Notes under the pieces: model-generated
What the model was told of the DNA's origin: nothing
Database searches by the model: none
Seen by the model: only the letters and a program-made list of their open reading frames with translations
Shown here: positions 11,234 to 21,396 of the stretch, piece after piece
Layout: every line of letters begins with the position of its first letter
Numbering within the stretch: position 1 is the first letter of the stretch
Made by a program: the position numbers and the translations under genes
Assembly: GCF_013365455.1 (NCBI RefSeq)
Contig: NZ_CP046578.1
Span: 210,001 to 242,000 of the forward strand
Length of the DNA stretch: 32,000 bases
Direction of reading: 5' to 3'
Source of the DNA: Wolbachia endosymbiont of Dirofilaria (Dirofilaria) immitis
GTDB lineage: Bacteria > Pseudomonadota > Alphaproteobacteria > Rickettsiales > Anaplasmataceae

Positions 11234-11770
11234 ATGCCTAAGCTGCCGATTGTGATTGCACCCGATGAAAAGTTAACTACACGTGCCAGTGAAGTGACAG
11301 ATATAAACGATGAAATTAGAGAATTAGTAAATGACATGTTTGAAACTATGCATGATGCAAAAGGTTTTGGCCTTGCTGCAGTTCAAGTCGGAGTGTTGAA
11401 GAGAGTTTTTGTTATGGATATTCAGTTAGAAGGCGTTAAGAGTGGATTAGCAGGATACAAATCTACTGGCGGGTTTTGCATGATTAATCCTGAAATCATA
11501 GGATTATCTGATGAGCAAATAGTTCTTAAAGAAGGATGTCTTTCAATTCCAGGGCAAAATCATGAAGTTAGGCGTCCAAAATGTTTAACTGTGAAGTATA
11601 GAGATTTAAATAACGAGAGAAAAACGCTGAAAGCTGATGGTTGGCTTGCGAGATGTATTCAACATGAGATAGATCACTTAAATGGTATATTATATGTTAG
11701 ACATTTGTCTAAATTGAAGTATGATATGGCTATGAAAAGAGCACAAAAGGTTAAGAGGCGCTATGAATGA
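11234..11770 (+). CDS. def: peptide deformylase
   Basis: 178 aa; motifs 'GFGLAAVQVG', 'EGCLSIPG', 'QHEIDHLNG'. Confidence 0.97.
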   Translation: MPKLPIVIAPDEKLTTRASEVTDINDEIRELVNDMFETMHDAKGFGLAAVQVGVLKRVFVMDIQLEGVKSGLAGYKSTGGFCMINPEIIGLSDEQIVLKEGCLSIPGQNHEVRRPKCLTVKYRDLNNERKTLKADGWLARCIQHEIDHLNGILYVRHLSKLKYDMAMKRAQKVKRRYE

Positions 11771-12551
11771 TGAAAACCTGGAGTTGTTGAGATTTTACCA
11801 TGAAGAGGGTATTGATTGTACTTTAATAGAGGGAGAAGAAGAGAAAGTAAAGGAAAGGAGGGAGAGTAGGCTTATACAGTCTACTACTATTCAAGCCGAA
11901 GAAAAAAAAGAACAGCAATTTATGTTTCCAAGTGACTGGGTAATTGAAGCGAGGAAGCTTGCAAGTAAGTGTAATAGTGTGAGTGAGCTAAGAAGTGTAG
12001 TTACATCATTTGAAGGGTGTGAGATAAAAAAAACTGCAACCAATACTGTTTTTTCTGATGGTAACCCAAGTGCGAAAATTATGCTTATTGGTGAAGCTCC
12101 AGGTGTAAATGAAGATCTACAAGGCATACCATTTTGTGGTGCAAGTGGAATGCTGCTTGATAAAATGTTGAGTGCAATAAACCTTGATCGCACTAGAGTA
12201 TATATAAGCAATGTTATATTTTGGCGTCCACCGGGTAATAGGAAGCCAACTAACTTAGAGCTTGATATATGCAGGCCGTTTGTCGAAAAACATATTGTGT
12301 TGGTTTCACCACAGATTTTGATTTTGGTGGGGGGAATAGCTTGTTATAGCCTTCTTGACAACACAAAAACCATATCAACCTTGCGTGGTAGATTTTATAA
12401 TTATACTAACCAATATTTATTTCATTCAATTACTGCAGTTGCTATATTTCATCCAGCTTACTTGCTTCGTCAACCAGCGCAAAAACGCTTAGCTTGGGAA
12501 GATTTGAAAAAAATCAGAAAGTACCTTGATGATAATTGTACTGATATTTAG
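11763..12551 (+). CDS. uracil-DNA glycosylase, family 4/5-like
   Basis: 262 aa; 'MLIGEAPGVNEDLQGIPFCGASGMLLDKML', 'NVIFWRPPGNRKPT', 'FHPAYLLRQPAQKRLAWEDL'; overlaps def by 8 nt. Confidence 0.92.
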   Translation: MNDENLELLRFYHEEGIDCTLIEGEEEKVKERRESRLIQSTTIQAEEKKEQQFMFPSDWVIEARKLASKCNSVSELRSVVTSFEGCEIKKTATNTVFSDGNPSAKIMLIGEAPGVNEDLQGIPFCGASGMLLDKMLSAINLDRTRVYISNVIFWRPPGNRKPTNLELDICRPFVEKHIVLVSPQILILVGGIACYSLLDNTKTISTLRGRFYNYTNQYLFHSITAVAIFHPAYLLRQPAQKRLAWEDLKKIRKYLDDNCTDI

Positions 12552-12951
12552 TAAAGTGTTAGAAGGTAAATAACTGCCCAGGAATTGCTTGACAAATTTT
12601 AATAACCTTCTTCTCTTGAAGCTAAGACAATTTTTTAATCTAGAGTTTCTTTTTGATTTGTAGCTTTAATGGTAAAGCTTAGCAAGAAAACTTAAGATAT
12701 TTTTTAGTAAATTACATAAAATTATAGCGGCTGTATACCTTTAAATTTTTTCTACATTTAGCTAAGTTGTACTTAAATTAAGCGTTGGTAAAGAATTATC
12801 TCAGCGCTAATTAAAGTTAGAGAGTTAAAACCAACACCATATAGATTCTTTATTTCTTTTCTATTTAATAAGTTTCTGTAATATTTGTACTAGCATGAAT
12901 TAGATAAAAAGGTACTATCCTGGTGTAATTGGCTACATAACTGTATGGATT

Positions 12952-14436
12952 TTACTCTGAATCAGCTGATGAGTTAGATGCCTGGTAAGCATAATTTGGA
13001 GCCTCTTGTGTAATAATTATGTCATGAGCATGACTTTCTCTTAATCCTGATGCAGTAATAGTAATAAATTTACAGTTTTTCCTCATTTCTTCTATATTCC
13101 TATTACCAGTGTATCCCATTGCAGCCTGTAGTCCACCAATTAACTGATGAATTATTCCTGAAGCTGGACCTTTAAATGGAACTCTTCCCTCCACTCCTTG
13201 TGGAACTAATTTTGATTTTGAGTCTTTATCTTGGAAATAACGGCTAGCTGAACCTCTTTTCATTGCACTGATAGATCCCATTCCTCGATAGCCTTTATAT
13301 GTTCTACCTTTATACGTGATAATCTCACCTGGACTTTCATTAGTGCCTGCAAAAAGTGAACCAATCATCACAGAATCAGCACCAGCTGCAATAGCTTTTG
13401 CAATGTCTCCTGAGTATTTTATGCCACCATCAGCAATTAATCTTACTTTTCTTGCCTTACATACTTCTGCGACATTTTGGATTGCGGAAAATTGTGGTAC
13501 CCCAACACCTGTAACTATTCTGGTTGTGCAGATTGACCCTGGTCCTATACCTACCTTTACTGCGTCGACGCCAACATCAATTAACGCTTCAGCAGCTTCT
13601 TTTGTGGCAATGTTCCCACCTATTAACTGTGTGTTTGGATACATAGTTTTTATTTCCTTAATAGTATTAATAACATTTTCGGAATGACCATGGGCAGTAT
13701 CTACAATAATTACATCAATTTCTTTTCCGATCAAAGCTTCGCACCTTTCTATACCATCCTTTTTACCAGTACCAATTGCAGCAGCAACTCTTAGTCGTCC
13801 TTTACTATCTTTGCATGAGTTAGGGTATCTATTGTATTTTTCGATGTCCTTGACTGTAATTAGCCCTATACAACAAGAATTCTCATCTATAACTAAAAGC
13901 TTCTCTATTCTGTTTTCATGCAATAATCTCATTGCTGAAACACTGTTCACTTCTTGCTCCCGCACTGTAATTAACTTGTCTTTTGTCATTACTTCAGAGA
14001 CTTTTATATTTATGTTTCGGTCTTCAATAAACCTTACATCTCGATTAGTAAGAATGCCAACTAACCTATACTGGTCGACTACAGGAATGCCTGAATAGTT
14101 GTGCTCTTTCATTAAAGAGATTGCTTCTGCAACTGTTTTATCTGGGGAAATTGTGATGGGATTGTATACGATCCAACTTTCATATTTTTTTACCCTTCTC
14201 ACTTCTGAAACTTGTTCGTCTATTGATAAGTTTTTATGTATGCAGCCTATTCCACCGTGTTGGGCAATAGTTATTGCAAAATCTGATTCGGTAACAGTAT
14301 CCATTGCAGAGGATATAAGAGGGATGTTGAGTTCTATATTGTTTGTTAAATAGGTCTTTGTATCTGCATCACAAGGTAATATGTTAGAATGAGCTGGCAA
14401 AAGAAGTATATCGTCGAATGAATAACAAACTTCCAT
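12952..14436 (-). CDS. guaB: inosine-5'-monophosphate dehydrogenase
   Basis: 494 aa; 'FDDILLLPAHSNILP', two CBS domains, 'GIGPGSICTTRIVTGVGVPQ' catalytic loop. Confidence 0.98.
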   Translation of the reverse strand: MEVCYSFDDILLLPAHSNILPCDADTKTYLTNNIELNIPLISSAMDTVTESDFAITIAQHGGIGCIHKNLSIDEQVSEVRRVKKYESWIVYNPITISPDKTVAEAISLMKEHNYSGIPVVDQYRLVGILTNRDVRFIEDRNINIKVSEVMTKDKLITVREQEVNSVSAMRLLHENRIEKLLVIDENSCCIGLITVKDIEKYNRYPNSCKDSKGRLRVAAAIGTGKKDGIERCEALIGKEIDVIIVDTAHGHSENVINTIKEIKTMYPNTQLIGGNIATKEAAEALIDVGVDAVKVGIGPGSICTTRIVTGVGVPQFSAIQNVAEVCKARKVRLIADGGIKYSGDIAKAIAAGADSVMIGSLFAGTNESPGEIITYKGRTYKGYRGMGSISAMKRGSASRYFQDKDSKSKLVPQGVEGRVPFKGPASGIIHQLIGGLQAAMGYTGNRNIEEMRKNCKFITITASGLRESHAHDIIITQEAPNYAYQASNSSADSE

Positions 14437-15432
14437 TTTTTTTCATAGACTTTACTTAAAGCTTATACACCAATTAATTGAATTGCAATAAGGTTTTGCA
14501 AAGTTAGCTATAGTTGATTCAAACAAAGCTGCTCCACTTTATATTGACTGGTATTGTATTTTACTTATTATAATGTTGTTTGCTTTAATGGTAGTAAACT
14601 TCTTGCTTGTATATCCAATAAAAGGAGTCATGGATGCAGTAGATTGTGGCGTGGTGCTGTCTATTAGGAATATTATCTGATTATTTAATGCTAGGATTTA
14701 AAAATAAGCTTACTAAATATGAAGAATATATAAGCAGTTGGTATTATATAAAGATAAATATGTCATAGTTATTTAATAACATACTTTTATTTTAGTTAAG
14801 ATGCTGTAAAATATGGAAAGTTTATAGATATTGAGATAAGTTATACAGGAACTCTGCTATTATTTTTAGCATATGTATAATTAGTGTTGTTTTATAGGCA
14901 ACGATAGTGTTTGTATAAGCTTTTTCTTATATTTTCTATATCACTCATTTACGTTATACAATAATACGGTGATGCTTGTAAAACAGTTATCCATATATTA
15001 ATTTTATGATGATATTATCGGTATATATGATGTTTAGTGTACTAATAATAGCAAAGCTTAGTAGTGCTTTGGGGAAGTTTGTAATATATGTATAAGATGT
15101 AGGTATATTTACAAATGTACCCTGATATAAACAGCATAAGGTCCTTTTTAGAAGATGGCGTTTGGACTATTTATAATTTCTGTTTTTATTCAATTTCTGA
15201 CTGCATTTCTAGATATTTTTGTAGTTATACTAATCTCAATCTTAGTATTTATGAAATACTTGATCGACGAAAGCAGGCTTTTTATGATTAAATTTTAAAA
15301 ATGGTAATTATAGATTATAAGCCCAGCTGATGTTTTTCTTTAGTTGCTTATTGATTAAAACTTTAAGATTATTTAACATTGACGCTATATACTTAGGTGT
15401 TAAAATAGAACGGAAAAATTTTAGGAGTTTAT

Positions 15433-15645
15433 ATGGTAACAAGTGGAAAAGAGAAAATAGCTAGTAAGAATAATCCTACTCAGCGTAAAAGAGCTGAGCA
15501 AAAAATGTATAAAAATAAACCAATAAAGCCAGTTAGATATATAGATCGTGACTCGCGTGTAAATTATATGTCTGCTCAGTATGATAATGGTAATCTGGTT
15601 GAAGATGAGATAGGTGGTCATCCTATAAGGTGGGAAGCTATATAG
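15433..15645 (+). CDS. small basic hypothetical protein directly upstream of nuoG
   Basis: 70 aa; ends 12 nt before the nuoG start, same strand, suggesting cotranscription; lysine/arginine-rich. Confidence 0.6.
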   Translation: MVTSGKEKIASKNNPTQRKRAEQKMYKNKPIKPVRYIDRDSRVNYMSAQYDNGNLVEDEIGGHPIRWEAI

Positions 15646-15657
15646 TGGGTTTAAATT

Positions 15658-17706
15658 ATGGTTAAGATTACTATCAACTCCAAGGAATATAGGGTGGAGC
15701 CTGGATTCACCATAATTCAAGCTTGTGAAGCTGTGGGTGTTGAAATTCCGCGCTTTTGTTATCATGAACGTTTAGCAATTGCTGGTAACTGTAGAATGTG
15801 TTTGGTTGAAATTGAGGGGGTAACTTCAAAACCAGTAGCTTCTTGTGCAATGCCAGTTGCGGAAGGAATGGTTGTCCGTACTGATACTCCGAAAGTTAGA
15901 AGGGCACGTAAAGGTGTACTTGAGTTTTTGCTCATTAATCATCCACTTGACTGTCCAATTTGTGATCAAGGCGGTGAATGTGACCTACAAGATATAACAA
16001 TGTCCTATGGGAGAGGAATAAGTAGATTTGATGAGGATAAGAGGGCTGTGCCAAAGAAATATTTTGGGCCACTAATTGAAACTGCGATGAATAGGTGTAT
16101 TCATTGTACTCGGTGTATTAGGTTTCTGTCTGATGTAGCTGGTACAAATGAACTTGGAGGGATTGGCAGAGGGGAAAATATGGAGGTTAGTACTTATATA
16201 AAAAGGTATGTTAGCTCTGAATTATCTGGAAATATTATAGACCTTTGTCCTGTAGGGGCCTTAACTTCAAAACCTTATTTGTTTAAGGCCCGTTCATGGG
16301 AGTTATCACATTGTGAAACTATAGATGTGCTTGATGCTGTAGGAAGTGCAATCAGAGTTGACTATCGCGGTCTTGAAATTGTACGAATATTACCAAGGAT
16401 TAACGAAGAGATTAACGAAGAGTGGATATCGGATAAAACTCGTTTTGCCTACGACGGACTAAAAGTGCAACGTCTAGATCAACCTTATATAAAGAAAGAT
16501 GGTAAATTAGTTTCAGTTGATTGGAATGAAGCATTAACCGTTGCTGCGAGGAGACTAAAGAGTACAAAACCAAGCAAAATAGCTGCAGTTGCGGGTGATT
16601 TAGCAGATTGTGAATCTATGCTTTTACTAAAGGAAATGATGCATAAGCTTGGCTCAGTAAATTTGGATTGTAGGCAAGATGGAGCAAGACTTATATCAAG
16701 TAATCGTGGATCATATGTGTTTAATACCACCATTGAGAACATAGAAAATGCAGACTTATGTCTACTTATAAATACAAATCCTAAAGTAGAGGCCCCAATC
16801 ATTAATGCACGTATAAGAAAAAGATACTTGCGAGGTAATTTTCCTATTGCAAGTGTTGGTCCTGACGTTGAGTACTTATATCATGTTGAAAAATTAGGTA
16901 ATCATCCTAATATTTTAAGTAAAATAGCAAAAGGAAATCATGAATTTTGCAAGCTGCTAAGTGCTGCTCAAAATCCTATACTTATCATAGGTCAAGATGC
17001 ATTAACAAGAAGTGATTCCGAATCAATTTTAGCTATAGCTAGCTCAATTGCAGAAAAATTTAATGTGGTTAAAGATGACTGGAATGGTTTTAATATCTTG
17101 CATAAAGCCGCAGCAAGAGTCGGTGGATTAGATGTTGGGTTTGTTCCTAAAAAAGGTGGAAAAGATATTAACCAAATATTAAAGCAGGCAGAGAGTGGTA
17201 AGATAGAAGTTGTCTATCTTCTTGGTGCAGATGAAATTGATACATCAAAGTTAGGAAATACATTTGTGATTTATCAAGGTCATCATGGCGATAGAGGAGC
17301 ACATATAGCAGATGTCATCTTGCCTGGGGCCGCGTATACAGAGAAATGTGCAACTTATGTAAATACTGAAGGTCGAGCTCAGAGAACTAATTTGGCTGTG
17401 CTTCCACCTGGCGAAGCAAAGGAAGATTGGTTGATAATTAAGAATTTGTCCCAATATTTGGGTTTTTCCTTACCATATAATAATTTATTTGATGTAAGAA
17501 AAAAATTGGATACTATCGGTCCACAGTTTAGAAATGCTGATCAAGTAGTAAAAAATGAGTGGATTTTAATTGATTGTAGTAAAATAAGCTTAAGTGATAA
17601 ACCTTTTACTTTGAAAGAGTGTAATTTTTATATGACAGATCCAATAAGTCGTGCTTCAAAAATAATGGCGGATTGTACTAAAGCCTTTTATGAGCACGCT
17701 AGTTAA
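15658..17706 (+). CDS. nuoG: NADH-quinone oxidoreductase subunit G
   Basis: 682 aa; [2Fe-2S] '[30 protein letters not shown]', '[18 protein letters not shown]', '[12 protein letters not shown]'. Confidence 0.98.
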   Translation: MVKITINSKEYRVEPGFTIIQACEAVGVEIPRFCYHERLAIAGNCRMCLVEIEGVTSKPVASCAMPVAEGMVVRTDTPKVRRARKGVLEFLLINHPLDCPICDQGGECDLQDITMSYGRGISRFDEDKRAVPKKYFGPLIETAMNRCIHCTRCIRFLSDVAGTNELGGIGRGENMEVSTYIKRYVSSELSGNIIDLCPVGALTSKPYLFKARSWELSHCETIDVLDAVGSAIRVDYRGLEIVRILPRINEEINEEWISDKTRFAYDGLKVQRLDQPYIKKDGKLVSVDWNEALTVAARRLKSTKPSKIAAVAGDLADCESMLLLKEMMHKLGSVNLDCRQDGARLISSNRGSYVFNTTIENIENADLCLLINTNPKVEAPIINARIRKRYLRGNFPIASVGPDVEYLYHVEKLGNHPNILSKIAKGNHEFCKLLSAAQNPILIIGQDALTRSDSESILAIASSIAEKFNVVKDDWNGFNILHKAAARVGGLDVGFVPKKGGKDINQILKQAESGKIEVVYLLGADEIDTSKLGNTFVIYQGHHGDRGAHIADVILPGAAYTEKCATYVNTEGRAQRTNLAVLPPGEAKEDWLIIKNLSQYLGFSLPYNNLFDVRKKLDTIGPQFRNADQVVKNEWILIDCSKISLSDKPFTLKECNFYMTDPISRASKIMADCTKAFYEHAS

Positions 17707-18715
17707 CATCTTATTTATTTTGGTGCAGCTGCTGCTTTCGGTTGCATATTTAGTGTATTTTGAGCGCAAAGTTCTTGGTGCAATTCAACTGCGACACGGT
17801 CCAAGTGTTGTTGGGCCTTTTGGACTATTACAACCATTTGCAGATGCTATTAAGTTGCTAATTAAGGAGACAATAATACCGTTTAGAGCAAACACTATAT
17901 TGTTTATTATGGCTCCGATTCTTACCTTTGTTTTAGCATTAATTGCATGGGCAGTGATACCATTTGGTGCTAAGGTAATTATAGAAAATGGGCAGAAAGT
18001 AGTAATTCCTAAGGTAATAGCAAATATCAATGTCGGAGTGCTCTATATCCTAGCTATATCATCTCTAGGAATATATGGCATCATTATTGCAGGTTGGTCT
18101 AGTAATTCTAATTATGCATTTTTGGGTAGTATAAGGTCAGCTGCTCAAATGATCTCATACGAAGTTTCAATAGGTCTCATAACTGCCGTGATTGTTATTA
18201 TAACTGGCACACTAAATCTTGGAGAAATGGTAGTAATAAAACATAATATGCCATTTTGGGTTGATATACTACTAATACCTATAGCAATAGTGTTCTTTGT
18301 TTCACTTCTTGCGGAAACTAATCGTCATCCGTTTGATTTGCCAGAAGCTGAAGCAGAGCTTGTCTCCGGGTATAACGTTGAGTATTCATCAATGCCTTTT
18401 GCTCTTTTCTTTCTTGGAGAATATGCTAATATGATTTTAGCAAGTGCTATAATGACGATATTCTTTCTAGGAGGATGGTATCCTCCTATAGAGTTTAGTT
18501 TATTGTATGAAATTCCAGGTTTGGTTTGGTTCATTTTAAAAATAGTTTTACTATTATTTATATTTATTTGGATTAGGGCAACTGTACCTCGTTATCGTTA
18601 TGATCAACTGATGCGTCTTGGTTGGAAAGTATTCTTACCAATGTCGGTACTTTGGGTAATACTCATTTCAGGAGTGCTTCTTTTTACTGAAAATTTGCCA
18701 AGTTTAAAGTTGTGA
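17690..18715 (+). CDS. nuoH: NADH-quinone oxidoreductase subunit H
   Basis: 341 aa polytopic; '[34 protein letters not shown]', '[25 protein letters not shown]'; overlaps nuoG by 17 nt. Confidence 0.98.
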   Translation: MSTLVNILFILVQLLLSVAYLVYFERKVLGAIQLRHGPSVVGPFGLLQPFADAIKLLIKETIIPFRANTILFIMAPILTFVLALIAWAVIPFGAKVIIENGQKVVIPKVIANINVGVLYILAISSLGIYGIIIAGWSSNSNYAFLGSIRSAAQMISYEVSIGLITAVIVIITGTLNLGEMVVIKHNMPFWVDILLIPIAIVFFVSLLAETNRHPFDLPEAEAELVSGYNVEYSSMPFALFFLGEYANMILASAIMTIFFLGGWYPPIEFSLLYEIPGLVWFILKIVLLLFIFIWIRATVPRYRYDQLMRLGWKVFLPMSVLWVILISGVLLFTENLPSLKL

Positions 18716-19232
18716 ATATATTGCTGGTTTTGATATTAAGTTATTTTTAATAAATCTTATATATAGTATATAATGTTAAGGTTATTCTTATGCTGTGGCT
18801 TTTTCTAAATTTCTCAGCTGAAAATTAGGTTCAGCCTTTTTAAAGGAACTTTTGGTACGTGAAAAAGTGGAGAGTATTCTCACTGAATTATGCTTGTGTA
18901 AGCAACTCAAGAAGTGTTACTATAAAAAGCTGAGTTGGGTTGTGAGTTATGTAGTTTATCTACAATTAGCTAGTAGGAGTGATAAAAGCTTATTTTCTTT
19001 AACATGCTAGGTATTAAATAAAAATTTTAGTTAAATTAACTATATTTATGCAGAAGTCAGTTCTCTTTATCATTGGAAAAAGTCTTTGCCTTTTTGAAAA
19101 AAAATAGTGAGGATTGATAAATTATAGAAAAAAAAGTGAGAATTTGGGCAAGTAATTAAAAGTAATATATGTACAAATGTTTTTAAAGTAGACTGATTTT
19201 GGCAAGTTTATACTCTACTAAAGATAGAACGA

Positions 19233-19304
19233 CTCCCCGGGCCGGATTCGAACCAGCGGCCAATTGGTTAACAGCCAACTGCTCTACCACTGAGCTACCG
19301 AGGA
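19233..19304 (-). tRNA. tRNA-Asn (anticodon GTT)
   Basis: reverse complement folds as a cloverleaf: acceptor TCCTCGG/CCGGGGA, anticodon loop CTGTTAA, T-arm GCTGG-TTCGAAT-CCGGC, discriminator G. Confidence 0.95.
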
Positions 19305-19420
19305 ATAAACTGTTTTTAATTTATCATATTAAACTTTGATTGTAAACGATTTTTGTGCGCTTTGACCAAGACTTTTATTGGAGTATAAGTGACAGAAAGT
19401 TTGACTGGTAGTTACTATAA

Positions 19421-20671
19421 TTGCAAAGATTCAATTTAGACGATAAAATCGCATTATTAAGTGAAAAATATATGCTAATTACTACAATGTCGGATCTAGA
19501 TGACATGTGTGAGGAGCTGATAGCGAAAAAACCGAAATTTATAGCTGTTGACACAGAGTTCATTAGAAACAACTTAACCTATTATCCTAAACTGTCATTA
19601 ATTCAAATTTCTTATGAAGAAGGGAGTTTTATTGTAGATGTATTAGCACCAGAGATTGATTTATCTCTTGTTAAGAAAGTTATGCTCAATCAAGAAATAA
19701 CTAAGGTGTTTCACAGCTGCCGGCAAGACATAGAATCTTTATTTACTGTGTTTAAGTGTATACCTACTCCCATTTTTGATACTCAAGTTGCTGCTATGTT
19801 TTGTCATTATTACTATAACTTTATTAGTTATTCAAAATTAGTGGAGCAATACCAGGGAATAGTGCTGAATAAAGTTAAAGCTAAAAATTCAGACTGGTTG
19901 AAGCGTCCATTATCTGAGGATCAATTAGACTATGCAGTAAGCGATGTAGTTCATCTGTATGATCTACACCAAATATTGCATGATAAACTTAAAGAAAAGA
20001 ATAGGATTGGCTGGTTTCAAGAAGAGATGGAATCAGTAGTTGATATGGATAAATATTTGCATAGTCCAAAAGATGCGTGGAAAAGGATTAAGTTTAATTA
20101 TAGAGCAAATCCGAGATTGATATTAACTGTTAAAGCGGTTAGTGAATGGCAAGAAACTTTAGCACAGCGTTATAATAGAAATCGTAATAGGGTAATTAAT
20201 AATTCTATAATATCTGGATTTATTGAAAGGAATGTAGAGCGTATTGATGAGATTTTAGATGATCTCAAGGAAAACGCAAAAAATATAAAGGAGGAAGATT
20301 TATTAGAATTTGTAGATATTTTTAATGAGAATGAAAAAAATTTTATGCAGCAAAATTATACTTTGTCAAACTATCATGATAGATCTGTGTTTGATATGCT
20401 TTCAGTTATTCTAGAAAGCAAGTGTAAGGAAAATAACATATCAAGGAAATTAGTTTCTTCGAAAGCTGAGTTAGCTAGCTCAATATCTGGGCAGATAGAT
20501 AAACTGTTTAAGGGATGGAGATATGATTTTTTTGGTAAGTCAGTTGAATCATTTTTAAATGCAAGCTCAAAGTTTGAAATCTCGGTAGTGAGATTCACGA
20601 ATAATATAACTGAAATTCGGAGTAATTTGATGAATGCAAGTTGTGAATTAAAATCAACCGCTGGAGCTTAA
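19421..20671 (+). CDS. rnd: ribonuclease D
   Basis: 3'-5' exonuclease motifs 'FIAVDTEFIRNNLTYYPKLSLIQI', 'VFHSCRQDIESLF', 'YAVSDVVHLYDLHQIL'; the ATG at 19472 (MLITTMSDL) may be the true start. Confidence 0.93.
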   Translation: MQRFNLDDKIALLSEKYMLITTMSDLDDMCEELIAKKPKFIAVDTEFIRNNLTYYPKLSLIQISYEEGSFIVDVLAPEIDLSLVKKVMLNQEITKVFHSCRQDIESLFTVFKCIPTPIFDTQVAAMFCHYYYNFISYSKLVEQYQGIVLNKVKAKNSDWLKRPLSEDQLDYAVSDVVHLYDLHQILHDKLKEKNRIGWFQEEMESVVDMDKYLHSPKDAWKRIKFNYRANPRLILTVKAVSEWQETLAQRYNRNRNRVINNSIISGFIERNVERIDEILDDLKENAKNIKEEDLLEFVDIFNENEKNFMQQNYTLSNYHDRSVFDMLSVILESKCKENNISRKLVSSKAELASSISGQIDKLFKGWRYDFFGKSVESFLNASSKFEISVVRFTNNITEIRSNLMNASCELKSTAGA

Positions 20672-21242
20672 CAAATCCACTACATCTTTTACTTGAGAAA
20701 GGACATACTCTTCACTTGTACTGGTGTTGATAGTAAAGTCGCTTACCCTCCTTTTTTCCTCGAAAGGTAACTGGATATTGAAAATTAAATCTAGCTTTTC
20801 TCTGTCTATATTGCGTTTACTAAGCCTCTGAGTTTGCATAATACTATCTGCGTGGATGAGAACAATAAAGTCGCAATATAAACAAAATCTCGTTTCTAGT
20901 AAAAGGGGAATATCTAAGATTAAAAGCTTTTTTTCGGTCTTTTTTTCTTGAGCAATAAAAAATAGCAGTTTATTTCGCACGACAGAATGGACTAAAGATT
21001 GAAATTGCTTCCAATTTTTATCATAAGCTATAAAATATTTAGACAGTACTGTTCTGTTTATTTTACCGTTTGCTACCGCTATAGGGAAGTTTTTTTTCTG
21101 CATAACCTATTATGTTTTTATCTGCTTTATAAAGTTGGTGTATGATAAAATCAGCATCAAACACAGCAGCACCAAACTTTTTAAAGCAGTTAGCTACAAA
21201 ATTTTTTCCTACTCCAATTCCACCTGTTAGACCTATAACCAT
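20654..21242 (-). pseudogene. coaE: dephospho-CoA kinase, reading frame interrupted by +1 nt in an A8 homopolymer
   Basis: N-terminal part 'MVIGLTGGIGVGKNFVANCFKKFGAAVFDADFIIHQLYKADKNIIGYAEK' is in the 21063..21260 frame; the remainder is in the 20654..21103 frame. Removing one A from the run gives a continuous 'YAEKNFPIAVANGKINRTVLSKYF'. Span is 589 nt = 3x196+1. Confidence 0.85.
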
Positions 21243-21396
21243 ATAGCAAAAAATTAGCAAAGCTATATCTACAGTAGTTACTTTTTCTTGTATGTCTACT
21301 TAAAACTTAAATTTAGCTGTGTAAACTCTAACTATGTCAAGAGAAAATAAACAGCTATTATTTTTTTAGTAATTAAGTAGAATAGAACGAAAAATT

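Noticed and set aside
15421-15765. 114-aa minus-strand ORF
   Set aside because: Overlaps the small ORF and nuoG start on the opposite strand; composition does not look like a real protein.
16402-16425. Exact 12-bp tandem repeat (attaacgaagag x2) in nuoG encoding INEEINEE
   Set aside because: From memory of the family, NuoG proteins carry a similar-length 'PR(V/I)N(E/D)[10 protein letters not shown]' segment, so this is probably ordinary coding sequence with coincidentally identical codons, not a new duplication.
16485-16802. 105-aa minus-strand ORF in nuoG
   Set aside because: Antisense to a conserved nuoG region; explained as a shadow ORF.
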